Source: an uncultured delta proteobacterium (GTDB lineage Bacteria; Myxococcota_A; Polyangia; Polyangiales; Polyangiaceae). Taken from it: a DNA stretch of 64,000 nucleotides. Within the stretch, counting starts at the first letter, position 1; every line of letters starts with the position of its first letter. The notes below the pieces were generated by a model, which did not search any database, was not told the origin of the DNA, and saw only the letters and a list, made by a program, of their open reading frames with translations. The DNA lies in NCBI GenBank assembly GCA_963806225.1, contig CAWDXG010000004.1:928001-992000 (forward strand), in the 5' to 3' direction. Positions 1 to 11,458 of the stretch are shown here, in pieces. Made by a program: the position numbers and the translations under genes.

Positions 1-155
1 TCCGGCACGATGGGAATGCCGTGCGAGCCGCGGGCGGGGCCGTCCCCCACCCCGACCACCGTGACCTCCACCTCGGCGCGGCGCAGCACGTCGATGATCG
101 TCACCGCCTCGATTTCCTCGAAGCCGTCCGCCAACAGAACCAGAACCTTCGCCAT
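1..155 (-). CDS. DJ-1/PfpI family protein (YajL/ThiJ-like), N-terminal part; runs off the window edge
   Basis: Manual translation from ATG at 155: MAKVLVLLADGFEEIEAVTIIDVLRRAEVEVTVVG...GSHGIPIVP. The GFEEIE...DVLRRA...GSHG pattern is typical of DJ-1/YajL. Not in the ORF track because it is truncated. Confidence 0.85.
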   Translation of the reverse strand, partial: MAKVLVLLADGFEEIEAVTIIDVLRRAEVEVTVVGVGDGPARGSHGIPIVP

Positions 156-217
156 GACCGCTCCCAGCCTCGCCGCGAGGCGCCGAGCTACGAAAGTGGG
201 AGCAAGCGGGGCGCCTG

Positions 218-1673
218 TCAATTGCCGCTGGCAGCCGGCCTCGGCGCATTCTTCTGCACCTGGCAGGTCGCCGTCGACAGCTCCAGCGCCAACCCGTGCG
301 GCGCCGCCAGCAGCATGCGGCCGCGGTCCAGCACGACCGGCTCGGCGTGGCGCAGAACCCGGTCTGTCGACAGCTCGTCGATCAGCTTCCCGTGGTCGTC
401 GAGCGCCGCCAGCCGGGTCTCGTCGCTCACGCCGGCCAGCGACAGCCATCCCGCCTGCGGTCCGGCATTCTGCGGCGGGTGCTGGTCGACGAGCAGCGTG
501 GGTACGCCCGCACCGACCTTCTCGTCGTCGAGCACGTGCGTCTCGGTCGACCCGCCGGGGCGCACGCGCGCCAGATGCACGATGCGACCCTCTGCGCCGG
601 GGGCGGCCTCGTCGTCCCGCCAGGCGAGCAGCGCTCCGCCGTCGGGCGCCGGCGCGACGTCGAAGACCAGCACGTGCGCGTCGTGCTGGGTGACCGAAAT
701 CGGCGGGGCCGTGGGCGAGCCGTTCTCGTCGAGCGGCACGAGCTCCAGCCAGCGGCTGCCGAGCTCGACGATGGCGCTCCCTGCCCCGGGCCCGGCCGAC
801 GCCGCGGGCGCGGTCTTCGGGGCCGGCTTCGACGCGCCGGGGCGCTTCGCATGGGCGCGGGTGTGCGGAGATCCACGCCAGCCAGAACCCGCCGGGGCGG
901 CGCACGATGCGTGGCGCCTCGGCGTCGTCGTCCTTCGGCGACAGCACCCGCGGGCGCGTCGCGTTCGAGACATCGTCCAGCGCAAAGGTGCTGCCGCGGA
1001 TGACACCGTGGTCGCCCCCCTTGTCCCAGTCGTCCCAGACCAGCACGCCGCGCTTCTTACCGAGCTCGACGCCGAACACCTGCGACTGGTCATTGCCCTG
1101 CTCGATATCGCGGCCCCAGACGACATCCGCAGTCCCCGCGGGATTGCGGATCGCCACCAGCCGCAGCGTAGCGCCGCTCGCATCGTTGCCCGCGAGCGCA
1201 ACGACCAGGCTGCCGTCGCGGGCAGCCAGCCGGGGCGGATCGGCGTCGCCGTAGACGCGCCCCAGCTCCACGAGCTTCCCGCCATCGGCGTCCGGGCCGA
1301 CAATCGCGATCACGGCACCGGTACCGCCGTCCATCGACTGCAGCGCCGACACGGCGAAGCCCGACGGCAGCGGGACGGCCGAGCCGAGATCCACCGCGAA
1401 CGGCAGCGGCACGTCGTCGTCCCCGTCGCCGGGATTGTTCTGGCCGGGCCGCCCGATGGTGAACGAGGCGCCGCGTTTGACCGCACTGCAGCGGGGCGAC
1501 GGCGGGCCGGCGGTCTTCGCGCTCGGCGCCTCCGGAGCGCTCGCGGCAGCGGGCTTCTTGTGCTTCTTGCAGCCCGCGCCGAGCGTCGCCGCGAGCAGCA
1601 GGCCCAGACCGACCCGCACGGGTACGGCGAGCGACGGGAATTGGCGGGCGTCGGTGCCTGGGATTGTCGGCAT
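218..1673 (-). CDS. Hypothetical lipoprotein (frameshifted in this sequence)
   Basis: ATG at 1673 with AGGAG RBS. The N-terminus has a hydrophobic stretch and lipobox (LGLLLAATLGAGC-KK). The protein-like C-terminal part is in ORF 218..1303 (VFDVAPAPDGGALLAWRDD). Joining the parts needs frame changes. Confidence 0.55.
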
Positions 1674-1835
1674 GGCTCCTGGCAGGACGAGTGCCTCCGC
1701 TCATCTAGTCGCCACCCGGGCGCCGGGCAAGCAAGAGACGGCGCCGGGCCCTGGTTGTGGCGGCAAGGCCGCGATATCATTGTTCCGGGTGTCGAGCAGT
1801 GGCCTATCGGCCTACGCTCCCCCCCGAGGATTTTG

Positions 1836-4473
1836 ATGGCCAAGGGCGAGCTGACCAAGCCGTACGAGCCGAACCCTGCGCTCCGGGCGCTCTACCGACG
1901 TTTCTTCGATCGCATCCAGGTCGACGACGCGCTGGGTGCGGGACGTCCGGCGCCTGTCGCAGCAGGGCACCGTCGTGTACGTGCTCCGCAACCTGAACTT
2001 CATCGACTTCTTCGCGCTCGACCATCTGACCAAGCGCTACGGGCTGCCGCAGGTGCGGTTCGCCAACGACCTGGGCCTCTGGGTGCTGAACCCCATGGGC
2101 AAGGGCTGGCTCAACGCCATCCTCCCCCGCCCCGGCGTCACGCCGTCGGACGAGCTGCGCGACGCCATCGAGCGCGGAGGCTCGGCCGCGCTGTTCCTCA
2201 AGCGCCCGCCCGGCGTGCTCGACGTAGCAGCCGGCGCCAGCGGCGGCCGCGGGCTCAAGGAGGGCGACGAGCTGGTGCGCACGCTCATCGATCTGCAGCG
2301 CGAGCGAAAAGCGCCGATCCTGCTCGTGCCCCAGGTCTTCGTGTGGACGAAGCAGCCCGACACGCGCGGGACGCGGCGCATGGACTTCCTGCTCGGCCCG
2401 CGCGAGTGGCCGAGCCCGGCGCGCACGGTCGGGCAGTTCCTCTCGAACTACAAGCACGTGGCGCTCAAGGCCGGCGAGCCGCTCGACCTGTCCGAGTTCC
2501 TGGAGGGCGCCAACGGCGCCTCCGACGCGGTGCGCGTGCGGCGCGTGACGTACGCGATGCTCCGGCGGCTCGAACGCGAGCGGCGCAGCGTGACCGGGCC
2601 CGCCGAAAAGGCTCCCGATCGCGTGCGCATGGAGATCCTCCGAAGCCCCCGGCTGCGCAAGGTGATAAGCGATCTGGCTGGCGCGCGCGCCTGCCGATCG
2701 CTACGTGCTGACCGGTCGCGCGCTGAACATGCTGCGCCAGCTCCAGGCCACCCAGGACATGGCCACGATCAAGGGGCTGGAGGTCGATCTTCCACCGCGT
2801 CTTCCATCGCATCTACGCCGGCATCGAATACGACAAGAGCCGACATCGAGCGCGTCCGCGCCGCGGCCAAGGAAGGCACGCTGGTGCTCTTGCCCAGCCA
2901 CAAGAGCCACATCGACTATCTGATCCTGAGCTACGTCTTCAACGAGGAAAACCTGCAGCTGCCGCTGATCGCGGCGGGCGACAATCTGAACTTCTTCCCG
3001 CTCGGCGGCATCTTCCGGCGCGGCGGCGCGTTCTTCATCCGCCGTTCGTTCAAGGGCGATCGCCTGTACGCGGCGGTCGTCGACGCCTACATCCGCCGGC
3101 TGATCCGCGATGGCTACCCGATCGAGCTGTTCCTCGAGGGGGGCCGCAGCCGCACCGGGAAGCTGCTGGCGCCAAAGTTCGGTCTGCTCAACATGATCGT
3201 CGACGCCGCGCTCGGCGTCTCGCAGCGGCGCGCGTACTTCGTCCCCGTCAGCATCGGCTACGAGCGCGTCGTCGAGGCAGGCAGCTACGAGCGCGAGCTC
3301 AGCGGCGGCGAGAAGTCGAAGGAGGACGCCGCAGGCCTGCTCAAGACGACCGAGGTGCTGCGCCACCGCTACGGCCGCATCAACCTGCAGTTCGGGCAGA
3401 TCCTGACGCTGGACGAGATCCGCGAGGAGCTCGGCCTCCAGAACCGAGCAGTCGCTGACACCGGCCAAGCGCCGCGCGCTCGTCACCCGGCTCGGCAATC
3501 GCGTGATGGACGAGATCAACCGCGTCGCCGCCGTGACGCCGGGCGCGCTGACCGCGCTGGCACTGCTCAGTCACGACAAGCGCGGCATCCTGCACGAGGA
3601 GCTGGTCGAGCGCGCGTCCAGGCTTCTGGCCGTGCTCGACAGGCTGGGCGCACGCATCTCGCCGGCCATCGCCACCGCCTCCGGCGCGCTGCATCCGGAG
3701 GCCATCCGCGAGGCCATCCAGATGTTCGTCGACGCGGAGATGGTCGAAGCGCACCTGCCCGGCGAGCCCGAGGCGACGCGCAAGCGCAAGGTCCGCGCCG
3801 GCGAGGGCGTGATCTACACCACCATGCAGGGCAAGCGGCTCACCCTCGATACCTCGAAGAACTTCATCGTCCACTTCTTCGTCGAGCGGGCGCTGGTGGC
3901 CATCGCGATGCTGGTGCCACCAGGACCGCCGGTCGGCGTCTCCACCGTGCGCGAGCGCGTGCAGAACCTCTCGAGGCTCTTCAAGCACGAGTTCCGCTTC
4001 CGCGCGGATGCACCCTTCGACGACATCTTCGCGGAGACCCTCGCCGCCATGAAAAAGGACGGCGTGGTCGAGCTCACCGACGGGCGGCCAGCTCGCCGCC
4101 GGTCCGGGCGAAGGCGGCTGGAGCGGCGAGCAGTGGCTCCACACCTACGCCGCCGTTCTGCAGAGCTTCCTGCAGGGCTACCGCGTCGCGGCGCGTGGAG
4201 CGGTGCCGCTGGTCAAGGGCCCGATGACCGAGAAGGACCTGGTGAAGCGCGCACTTTCGACCGGCAACCGCATGTTCCTCGCCGGCGAGATCGAGCGCCG
4301 CGGAAGCCGTGTGCAAGCCGGTCATCCAGAACGCGTACCTCGCGCTGGTGGACGAGGGCTACCTGGTCCGCGAAGACGGCAAGCTCGCCCTCGCCGAGTC
4401 GTTCCGCAAAAGCGCTGCTGTCGGCGCAATCGAAGGGCGCATCGCGGGGTACATGGAGGAGGTGCCGGAGTGA
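1836..4473 (+). CDS. plsB: Glycerol-3-phosphate acyltransferase (PlsB/GPAT family), several apparent frameshifts
   Basis: Acyltransferase motifs LPSHKSHIDY (HxxxxD), GAFFIRR, FLEGGRSRTGK and VPVSIGYE. Segments lie in ORFs 21..2711, 1936..4227, 2705..2923, 3503..5170 and 4203..5336. Stop TGA at 4471-4473. Confidence 0.85.
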
Positions 4474-5336
4474 GTCGGTCGGGGTGGCAACTCGTCGCTC
4501 TGGCGCTCGCGTCCTGGCCACTCGCCGGCTGTCTCGGTACCCCGACGCCGCTGGCACCCGGCCTCGAGGGATCGCTCGGCGTGCCGCACGACGGGGTACA
4601 GACCGGCGCCGCGGAGCTCCCCGTCCGCGGGCCGGGCTTCGTGCGCTACCGGCCGCACACGCCGAACGACTGGGGCAACCCGAAGCTGGTCCACGCCGTG
4701 GAACAGGCTGCAGCGGTCGTCGCACGAAAACGCCCGGGCGGAGCGCCGCTCGTCATCGGCGACATGTCCGCGCGCTACGGGGGGGATATCCCCGGCCACG
4801 CATCGCACGAGAACGGCCGCGACGCGGATCTGCTCTGGTACGTGACCACACCGGCGGGCGCGCCGGTAAGGAATCCGGGCTTCATCCACATGGGCAGCGA
4901 CGGGCTGGCGGAGGTGGTCGGGCGCGGGGACTTCCTGCGGCTGGACGTGGCGCGCGAGTGGCTCCTGATCAAGACGCTGCTCCAGTCGCCGGACATCGGC
5001 GTGGAGTGGATGTTCTGCGCGCGACCCGTCGAAGCGCTGATCATCGACTACGCGCGGGCGCGCGACGAGGATCCGGCTCTCGTGTGGCACGCCGAGACGG
5101 TGCTGCAGCAGCCGGGCGACAGCGCGCCGCACGACGACCACATCCATCTGCGCATGGCGTGCACCGGTGACCTCGCCGTTCACGGCTGCGAGGGCGGCGG
5201 CCCCTACTGGGATTGGCTGCCGCCGCAGCCGGAGCTCGGGCCGCTCGACAAGTCGACGCTGGAATCGATCGCCGAGGACGACCCGCTCGACATCGAGCGC
5301 TCGGTGGCCGGAAGCGCGGCGGGAAACGGAGCGTAG
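4470..5336 (+). CDS. Penicillin-insensitive murein endopeptidase (MepA-like) lipoprotein
   Basis: GTG overlaps the plsB stop (GTGA). Lipobox LAGC. Zinc motifs GHASHENGRDAD and HDDHIH match the MepA/LAS pattern. Confidence 0.8.
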   Translation: MSRSGWQLVALALASWPLAGCLGTPTPLAPGLEGSLGVPHDGVQTGAAELPVRGPGFVRYRPHTPNDWGNPKLVHAVEQAAAVVARKRPGGAPLVIGDMSARYGGDIPGHASHENGRDADLLWYVTTPAGAPVRNPGFIHMGSDGLAEVVGRGDFLRLDVAREWLLIKTLLQSPDIGVEWMFCARPVEALIIDYARARDEDPALVWHAETVLQQPGDSAPHDDHIHLRMACTGDLAVHGCEGGGPYWDWLPPQPELGPLDKSTLESIAEDDPLDIERSVAGSAAGNGA

Positions 5337-5340
5337 GCAC

Positions 5341-6273
5341 TTGAGCGGGCCCGTGCTGCTGGAGGGCGACTGCCTGGAGCTTGTCGGCAAGCTGGCGCGC
5401 GAGGGCGGAGCGTTCGACCTCGTCTACGTCGATCCGCCGTTCAACGCGGGTGGGCGCCGCGCCGCTCGCGACGGCTCCGGCGAGCGCGCGCGAGGCACCG
5501 AGGCCTATCGCGACTACTGGGGCGGGCTCGACGCGTTCCTCTCGATGCTGGAGCCGCGGATGGAGGCGATACGCGACGCAATGACCGGGCGCGGCAGCCT
5601 ATGGCTGCACCTCGACCATCGCACGGTGCACGACGCCAAGGTGCTGTGCGACCGCGTCTTCGGGCGCAGCGCGTTCCAGGGCGAGATGGTGTGGGCGCCC
5701 GGCAACGGAGCGCGACGCAGGAGAGGCCCCAGTGTGACGCACCAGACGATCCTGATCTACGCGCGCGGCGACATGATCTGGAACGGCGACGACCCGGCGC
5801 TGCGCGAGCCCTATGCCGCCACCAGCCAGCGCATGCATTTCAAACACGTGGACGCCTCGGGCCGCCGGTATCGCGAGCGCGTGATAGCCGGCAAGGCGTA
5901 CCGCTACTACGCCGACGAGGGGCGCCGCCGTGGCAGCGTCTGGACCGATTGCTCCGCCATGCGCGCCAACACGCCCCTGGTGGCCGAGACCACCGGCTAC
6001 CCGACGCAGAAACCCGAAGCGCTGCTGGAACGCATCGTGCGCGCCGCCAGCCTGCCCGGCAGCCGCGTACTCGACCCGATGTGCGGCTCCGGCACGACGC
6101 TCGCCGTCGCGCTCCAGCTCGACCGCCGCGCCGCCGGCATCGACCAGAGTCCCCTGGCCTGCCGCATCACGCGCGAGCGTCTCGGGATCGGCGCGGACAG
6201 CCCGGCGGATGCCCGACCCGGAGGAAATGGCTCCGGCGGGAAACCGGACGTTGCGCGGCGCCGCGGGCCCTAG
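5341..6273 (+). CDS. Site-specific DNA methyltransferase, N6/N4 beta class (Mod-like), no cognate restriction gene adjacent
   Basis: N-terminal catalytic motif IV (YVDPPFN), YPTQKPEALL, and C-terminal SAM-binding motif I (LDPMCGSGTT), i.e. beta order. TTG start assumed. Confidence 0.85.
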   Translation: MSGPVLLEGDCLELVGKLAREGGAFDLVYVDPPFNAGGRRAARDGSGERARGTEAYRDYWGGLDAFLSMLEPRMEAIRDAMTGRGSLWLHLDHRTVHDAKVLCDRVFGRSAFQGEMVWAPGNGARRRRGPSVTHQTILIYARGDMIWNGDDPALREPYAATSQRMHFKHVDASGRRYRERVIAGKAYRYYADEGRRRGSVWTDCSAMRANTPLVAETTGYPTQKPEALLERIVRAASLPGSRVLDPMCGSGTTLAVALQLDRRAAGIDQSPLACRITRERLGIGADSPADARPGGNGSGGKPDVARRRGP

Positions 6274-7022
6274 TCGCGCGATTCGTACACGTTCATTGCG
6301 GGCAGCTCGAGCGCGGTGAGGTAGCCGCCGCTGCCGCAACCGGTGTCGAGCCCGTAGACATTCTCGCCCGCCCAGAGATCGGTCGGGTCCTCGGGCGTGT
6401 AGCCGCTGAGCTCGGGGGGCAGATAGGCGGTGCGGGTGTGGCCGAACACCACCGACTTTCCGCGGTAGTTCCGGAAGAAGTGCTCGTCGCGGCACCACAG
6501 GAGCGCGATCGGCGCCTTGACCTCCGAAGGATGCATGAAGCCATCCGGTCCGCTCGGTAGACCGGCGTGCACGTAGATGGCGTGATCGTCCTCGTACCAG
6601 TACGGAAGCGACCCCATCCAGTCGACGACCTCGTCGGGGAAGAATCCGCCGGTCTTCAGCATCATCTCCTCGTCGGGCTTCGGCAGCTCGCCCTCGGCCG
6701 GTACGCTGCCGCCGGTAAACGAGCGCAGCGCCGCCAGGCAGCCGTTGCCCGGAGGCATCACGAACTCGTCCCAACCCCGCTCGAGCACACGCAGCCAGGC
6801 GTCCTCGTGGTTGCCACGCAGCGCCACGACCTTTGCAGGCGTCTGCTGGGGCAAGCCGCGGATGTAGTCGATCACCTGCGCGGAGCAAGGACCGCGGTCC
6901 AGGTAGTCACCGACGAAGACCAGCGTGTCCCCGGAGTCGAGCGTGGGAAGGCAGGACAGAAGCTTGAAGAGATGCTCCGTCTCGCCGTGGATGTCGCCTA
7001 TTGAAAACGTCCGTCCGGCCAT
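6270..7022 (-). CDS. Metallophosphoesterase (PPP/PphA-like Ser/Thr phosphatase family)
   Basis: Motifs GDIHG, GDYLDRG, GNHE, VHAG, FGHT and LDTGCG. Confidence 0.9.
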   Translation of the reverse strand: MAGRTFSIGDIHGETEHLFKLLSCLPTLDSGDTLVFVGDYLDRGPCSAQVIDYIRGLPQQTPAKVVALRGNHEDAWLRVLERGWDEFVMPPGNGCLAALRSFTGGSVPAEGELPKPDEEMMLKTGGFFPDEVVDWMGSLPYWYEDDHAIYVHAGLPSGPDGFMHPSEVKAPIALLWCRDEHFFRNYRGKSVVFGHTRTAYLPPELSGYTPEDPTDLWAGENVYGLDTGCGSGGYLTALELPAMNVYESRD

Positions 7023-7162
7023 GGACCCGTCATCATGCCAGCATCCCGGGGCCGGCCGCTACGCCCCAATACCTTCCCGTCGCCCGGATTTGTTGCGTTG
7101 GCAGGGCGGAATCGCCGGACCGGGTTGCGCACCGCGGCGCACCGGACGAGCATCGGCGGGCT

Positions 7163-8713
7163 ATGGACACGATGCCTCCGCCCGAGAACCCGCTGCGCGC
7201 CGGCATGGCGAGCGAGCTGTCCGTCGACCCCTGCGTGCTGACCATTTTCGGCGCCAGCGGCGACCTGACCGGCCGCAAGCTCTTGCCCGGGCTGTACGCC
7301 CTCGCCGCCAACCGCTTGCTGCCCTCGGCGTTCGGTCTGCTCGGTTTCGCGCGCCGCCCGTGGAGCGACGACAAGTTCCGCGAGCTGATGCGCGAAGCGG
7401 TCGGCGAGCACTCGCGTGTAAAGCCGGTCGATGGTGCGGTGTGGGACGATCTGGCCAAGGGCATGGGCTACGTGCAGGGCTCGTTCGACGATCCGGAAGC
7501 GTACGTGAAGCTGCGCGAGCGGCTCGAGCGCTACGACGCCGAGCACGGCACAGCCGGCGGTCGCACCTTCTATCTGGCGGTTCCGCCGGGCGCGGCGCGC
7601 ACCATCGTCGAACAGCTGAAGAAGGCGGGCCTGGTCGATCCGCCCGTCGACGGCAAGCCGTACGCGCGGGTCGTGATCGAAAAACCCTTCGGCATCGATC
7701 TCGATTCCGCACGCGAGCTGAACCGCGATCTGCTCGGGTTGCTCGACGAGCGGCAGATCTTCCGCATCGATCACTACCTCGGCAAGGAAACAGTGCAGAA
7801 CCTGTTGGTTCTTCGCTTCGGCAACACCATCTTCGAGCCGCTCTGGAGCCGGAACCACGTCTCCCACGTCGAAATCACGGTCGCAGAGCACATCGGCATC
7901 GAGGGCCGCGGCAAGTTCTACGAACAGACCGGGCTGATGCGCGACATCGTGCAAAACCACGCCATGCAGCTGTTCTGCCTGGTCGCGATGGAAGCGCCGG
8001 TCGCCTGGGACGCCGACTCGGTGCGCGACGAGAAGGTCAAGGCGCTGCGCGCGCTCAGACCCATCCGCGGCGCCGAGGCCGTCCGGGAACGCACGGTGCG
8101 CGGGCAGTACGGCGCGGGCACCGTGCGTGGCGACGCCGTCAGCGCCTATCGCAAGGAGCCCGACGTCGACCCCGAGTCGATGACGGAAACGTTCGTGGCG
8201 CTGCAGATGGAGGCGGACAACTGGCGCTGGGCGGGCGTGCCGTTCTATCTGCGCGCCGGAAAGCGGCTTTCCAAGCGCGTGACCGAGATCGCCCTGCACT
8301 TCAAGGCGCTGCCGCACCCGCTCTTTTCCGGCGCGCCGGGCGCGATGAACCAGCCGAACGCGCTCATCTTGCGCATCCAGCCCGACGAGGGCATCGCGCT
8401 CCGCTTCGCGACCAAGATCCCGGGGCAGAGCATTGCCATGCGCGAGGTCGCGATGGACTTCCGCTACGGCACGGCCTTCGGCCACGCCACGCCGGAAGCC
8501 TACGAGCGCCTCCTGCTCGACACCATGCGCGGCGACGCCACGCTGTTCACGCGCCACGACGAGGTCGAGGCGCAGTGGGCCTTCGTCGACCCCATCATGC
8601 AACAGTGGAAGAAGGGCGACGTACCGCTCGCCAGCTACGATTCGGGTAGCTGGGGTCCCGACGAGGCCCACGCCCTGATCGCCCGTCTGGGCCACGACTG
8701 GAGCCGGCCCTGA
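7163..8713 (+). CDS. zwf: Glucose-6-phosphate 1-dehydrogenase
   Basis: Motifs GASGDL, EKPFG, RIDHYLGKE and RWAGVPFYLRAGKR. Confidence 0.97.
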   Translation: MDTMPPPENPLRAGMASELSVDPCVLTIFGASGDLTGRKLLPGLYALAANRLLPSAFGLLGFARRPWSDDKFRELMREAVGEHSRVKPVDGAVWDDLAKGMGYVQGSFDDPEAYVKLRERLERYDAEHGTAGGRTFYLAVPPGAARTIVEQLKKAGLVDPPVDGKPYARVVIEKPFGIDLDSARELNRDLLGLLDERQIFRIDHYLGKETVQNLLVLRFGNTIFEPLWSRNHVSHVEITVAEHIGIEGRGKFYEQTGLMRDIVQNHAMQLFCLVAMEAPVAWDADSVRDEKVKALRALRPIRGAEAVRERTVRGQYGAGTVRGDAVSAYRKEPDVDPESMTETFVALQMEADNWRWAGVPFYLRAGKRLSKRVTEIALHFKALPHPLFSGAPGAMNQPNALILRIQPDEGIALRFATKIPGQSIAMREVAMDFRYGTAFGHATPEAYERLLLDTMRGDATLFTRHDEVEAQWAFVDPIMQQWKKGDVPLASYDSGSWGPDEAHALIARLGHDWSRP

Positions 8714-9765
8714 TGACACCAGGGCACAGCGGAAAGGTCAGCGAGTCGCTGTCGCAGATCGAGCGAGCGATTTCAGAGCTCTGGGAACCCGATGACAGCG
8801 GTCGCGCCAAGGCGCGCGCCCACACGCTCAATCTGGTGGCGCTGAGCGGCGGCTCGGCGCAATTTCTCGAAGTCGTCGACCATATCGGCTCGACGCTGGC
8901 CGCGCGCACCTTCCTCGTCGAGGTCGATCCGCGAGCGGAGCCCTGGGCGCTCGACGGCGAGGTGGGCGCGGTGTGCCGCTACGAGGCTGGGCAGAAGGGC
9001 GAGGAAGTCTGCGCCGAGCGCATCGAGCTCAAGTTCGGCGCCATGGTCGCAAAGCGCGCCCGCTCGATCATCGAATCGCTCAGCGAGTCGCGCCTGCCGG
9101 GCGTGCTGCTGCTCGGACCCGGTGCGCACGGGGCGGCCGTCGATGCGCTTTCGCCGGGCTGCACGCGGGTCGTCCTCGACAGCGCGAATCACGGCGTGTC
9201 GCGCTCCCAGCGCATTGCAGAGCTCTCGCCGGGGCACATCGAGGATCTCGCTTTTTCGCGCGGCCGGCGCTGGCGCGAGATGATCGCGCGCTTCTTCGAC
9301 GACCCCGCGCTCACACCGGCCGCGAAGGACGTGCGCTCGCTGCGCATCGAGCACGTCGCTTGCGCTCGCGAGGAGGGCATGGGCGCCGAGGCGGAGCTCC
9401 TACTCGGCTGGCTGGGCGGTCGCCTCGGCTGGCAGGCCAAACCGGGCGCCGTGACGCACGACCAGCACCGCGTGCAGGTCGCGCTCCATCAACGCGAGCG
9501 GAGCGACAAGCCGCTCGGCTGGATCGAGTCGGTGGCGCTCTCGGCCCGGCTCGGCGACGGCGAGATTGTCGGCCGGGTCTCGCGCGACTCCGACGGCCAG
9601 CACCTGTCGTGGTCGCTCCAGACACCCGACGGCAACAAGCACGAGCGCCGCTTCGCCATCCCCCACCGCAGCGAATCCGAGCTGGTCCTGCGCGCCGTCA
9701 CCAGCGCGGAGGGCAGCGAGCTCACGCGCGAAGCGCTCCGCTTCGCCGCGGCGTGGCGGGGCTAG
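8713..9765 (+). CDS. opcA: G6PD assembly/regulatory protein OpcA family
   Basis: TGATG-coupled to zwf. RAHTLNLV start, VCAERIEL, DLAF.R.RRWREMIARFFD and LLLGWLGGRLGW resemble OpcA. Confidence 0.75.
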   Translation: MTPGHSGKVSESLSQIERAISELWEPDDSGRAKARAHTLNLVALSGGSAQFLEVVDHIGSTLAARTFLVEVDPRAEPWALDGEVGAVCRYEAGQKGEEVCAERIELKFGAMVAKRARSIIESLSESRLPGVLLLGPGAHGAAVDALSPGCTRVVLDSANHGVSRSQRIAELSPGHIEDLAFSRGRRWREMIARFFDDPALTPAAKDVRSLRIEHVACAREEGMGAEAELLLGWLGGRLGWQAKPGAVTHDQHRVQVALHQRERSDKPLGWIESVALSARLGDGEIVGRVSRDSDGQHLSWSLQTPDGNKHERRFAIPHRSESELVLRAVTSAEGSELTREALRFAAAWRG

Positions 9766-9840
9766 TCCGCACGTTCCCGCCCGTTCGGTACGGCGCGATG
9801 CCGCGCATCACGTGGGCCTGTTCAAGCCCCCCAGGCGCTT

Positions 9841-10494
9841 CTAGAGCTTCATCTCCTTCAGCTCCGCCGCTTCCTTCAGCGGCGCTTCCGTCTTCGCCTT
9901 GACGTCGGCGGCGCTGACGCCGGGCGCGAGCTCTTTCAGCACGAGCCCGCCGCCTTCCACGTCCATCACGGCGTGATCGGTGATGATGCGGTGCACGACG
10001 CCCTTGCCGGTGAGCGGCAGCGAGCACTGGTTCAGGATCTTGGGCGCGCCCTTCTTGGAGACGTGATCCATGATCACGACCACGCGCTTGGCGCCGTGGA
10101 CCAGGTCCATCGCGCCGCCCATGCCCTTGACCATCTTGCCGGGGATCATCCAGTTGGCCAGATCGCCGTTCGCCGCCACTTCCATGGCGCCCAGGATGGC
10201 CAGGTCGATGTGCCCGCCGCGGATCATCGAGAACGACATCGCGCTGTCGAAGATGGCGGAGCCGGGCAGCATCGTCACCGTCTCCTTGCCAGCGTTGATA
10301 AGGTCGGCGTCTTCTTTCCCTTCCAGCGGGTACGGGCCGATGCCGAGCAGGCCGTTCTCGCTCTGCAGCATCACCTCCACGCCTTCGGGGATGTAGTTGG
10401 CGACGAGCGTCGGCATGCCGATGCCGAGGTTGACGTAGTAGCCGTCACGGAGCTCCTGTGCCGCGCGCTGGGCAATCTGTTCTCTGGTCAGCAT
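9841..10494 (-). CDS. scoB: 3-oxoacid CoA-transferase subunit B
   Basis: Motifs [14 protein letters not shown] (catalytic Glu), RGGHID and GMGGAMDL. Confidence 0.95.
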   Translation of the reverse strand: MLTREQIAQRAAQELRDGYYVNLGIGMPTLVANYIPEGVEVMLQSENGLLGIGPYPLEGKEDADLINAGKETVTMLPGSAIFDSAMSFSMIRGGHIDLAILGAMEVAANGDLANWMIPGKMVKGMGGAMDLVHGAKRVVVIMDHVSKKGAPKILNQCSLPLTGKGVVHRIITDHAVMDVEGGGLVLKELAPGVSAADVKAKTEAPLKEAAELKEMKL

Positions 10495-10587
10495 CTCAAG
10501 ATTCCTCCATGTCCCACCCGCCCACCCCCGCCGTAATCCTCCCGGAGGGCTCCGCCCCCCGAGCCCCCCTCACGCGACTCGCTTCGC

Positions 10588-11301
10588 TCATCGCGGGCTC
10601 GCTTCGCTCGCGGGTTTCCTCACCGTGCGCCGCTCGATGCGCTTCTCGTGCTTTCCGGCCACCACGCGCTGCACGTAGATGCCCGGCAGGTGGATCTCGT
10701 CGGGGTCGAGCTGTCCGACCTCGACCACTTCCTCCACCTCGGCGATGGTCATCCGACCCGCCATCGCGCATAGCGGGTTGAAGTTCCGCGCGGTGCGCCG
10801 GAACTTCAGGTTGCCGTAGCGGTCGCCCTTCCACGCCTTGACGATCGCGAAGTCGCCGGTGATGCCGCGTTCCATCACGTACTTCCGGCCGTCGAACTCG
10901 CGCGTCTCCTTGCCCTCGGCCACCTTCGTGCCGTAGCCCGCCGGCGTGTAGAAGGCCGGGATGCCCGCGCCGCCCGCGCGCAGCCGCTCGGCCAGCGTGC
11001 CCTGCGGACACAGCTCCACTTCGAGCTCGTTCGACAGGAACTGCCGCTCGAACTCCTTGTTCTCGCCGACGTAGCTCGAGACCATCTTCTTGATCTGTTT
11101 CGGCCCGAGCAGGAGCCCCAGACCGAAATCGTCGACGCCACAGTTGTTCGAGACGACGACGAGATCCTTCACGCCCTTGTCGCGGAGTGCTGCGATGCAG
11201 AGCTCGGGAATACCGCACAGCCCGAAGCCACCGGCCAGGATCGTCGCCCCGTCCGGAATGTCTGCCACCGCGGCGGCCGCATCGCGTACCACCTTGTCCA
11301 T
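10588..11301 (-). CDS. scoA: 3-oxoacid CoA-transferase subunit A
   Basis: MDKVV start; motifs [37 protein letters not shown] and ARNFNP. Confidence 0.95.
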   Translation of the reverse strand: MDKVVRDAAAAVADIPDGATILAGGFGLCGIPELCIAALRDKGVKDLVVVSNNCGVDDFGLGLLLGPKQIKKMVSSYVGENKEFERQFLSNELEVELCPQGTLAERLRAGGAGIPAFYTPAGYGTKVAEGKETREFDGRKYVMERGITGDFAIVKAWKGDRYGNLKFRRTARNFNPLCAMAGRMTIAEVEEVVEVGQLDPDEIHLPGIYVQRVVAGKHEKRIERRTVRKPASEASPR

Positions 11302-11458
11302 GGCGACAAGGCGTAACACCGCCGCGAGCCGGGCTGCAACCACGGCGTAGGACCGCTCTGGATGCTGGGGAAGCCGCGCATCTTCCCGCTGATCGGCGTC
11401 AGCTGCCGCACCCCCGTCCCTTGGCGGACGGGGGGGCAGATGCGGGTCACTCGCGGGC

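Noticed and set aside
21..2711. Long overlapping or antisense ORFs (e.g. 21..2711, 6925..8649, 14180..16324, 56304..58694 read-through)
   Set aside because: Shadow ORFs expected in high-GC DNA. They are Arg/Ala/Pro-rich without motifs and overlap well-supported genes.
7163..9765. zwf-opcA pair as a novelty
   Set aside because: A well-known gene pair in several phyla; nothing unusual apart from pgl not being adjacent.
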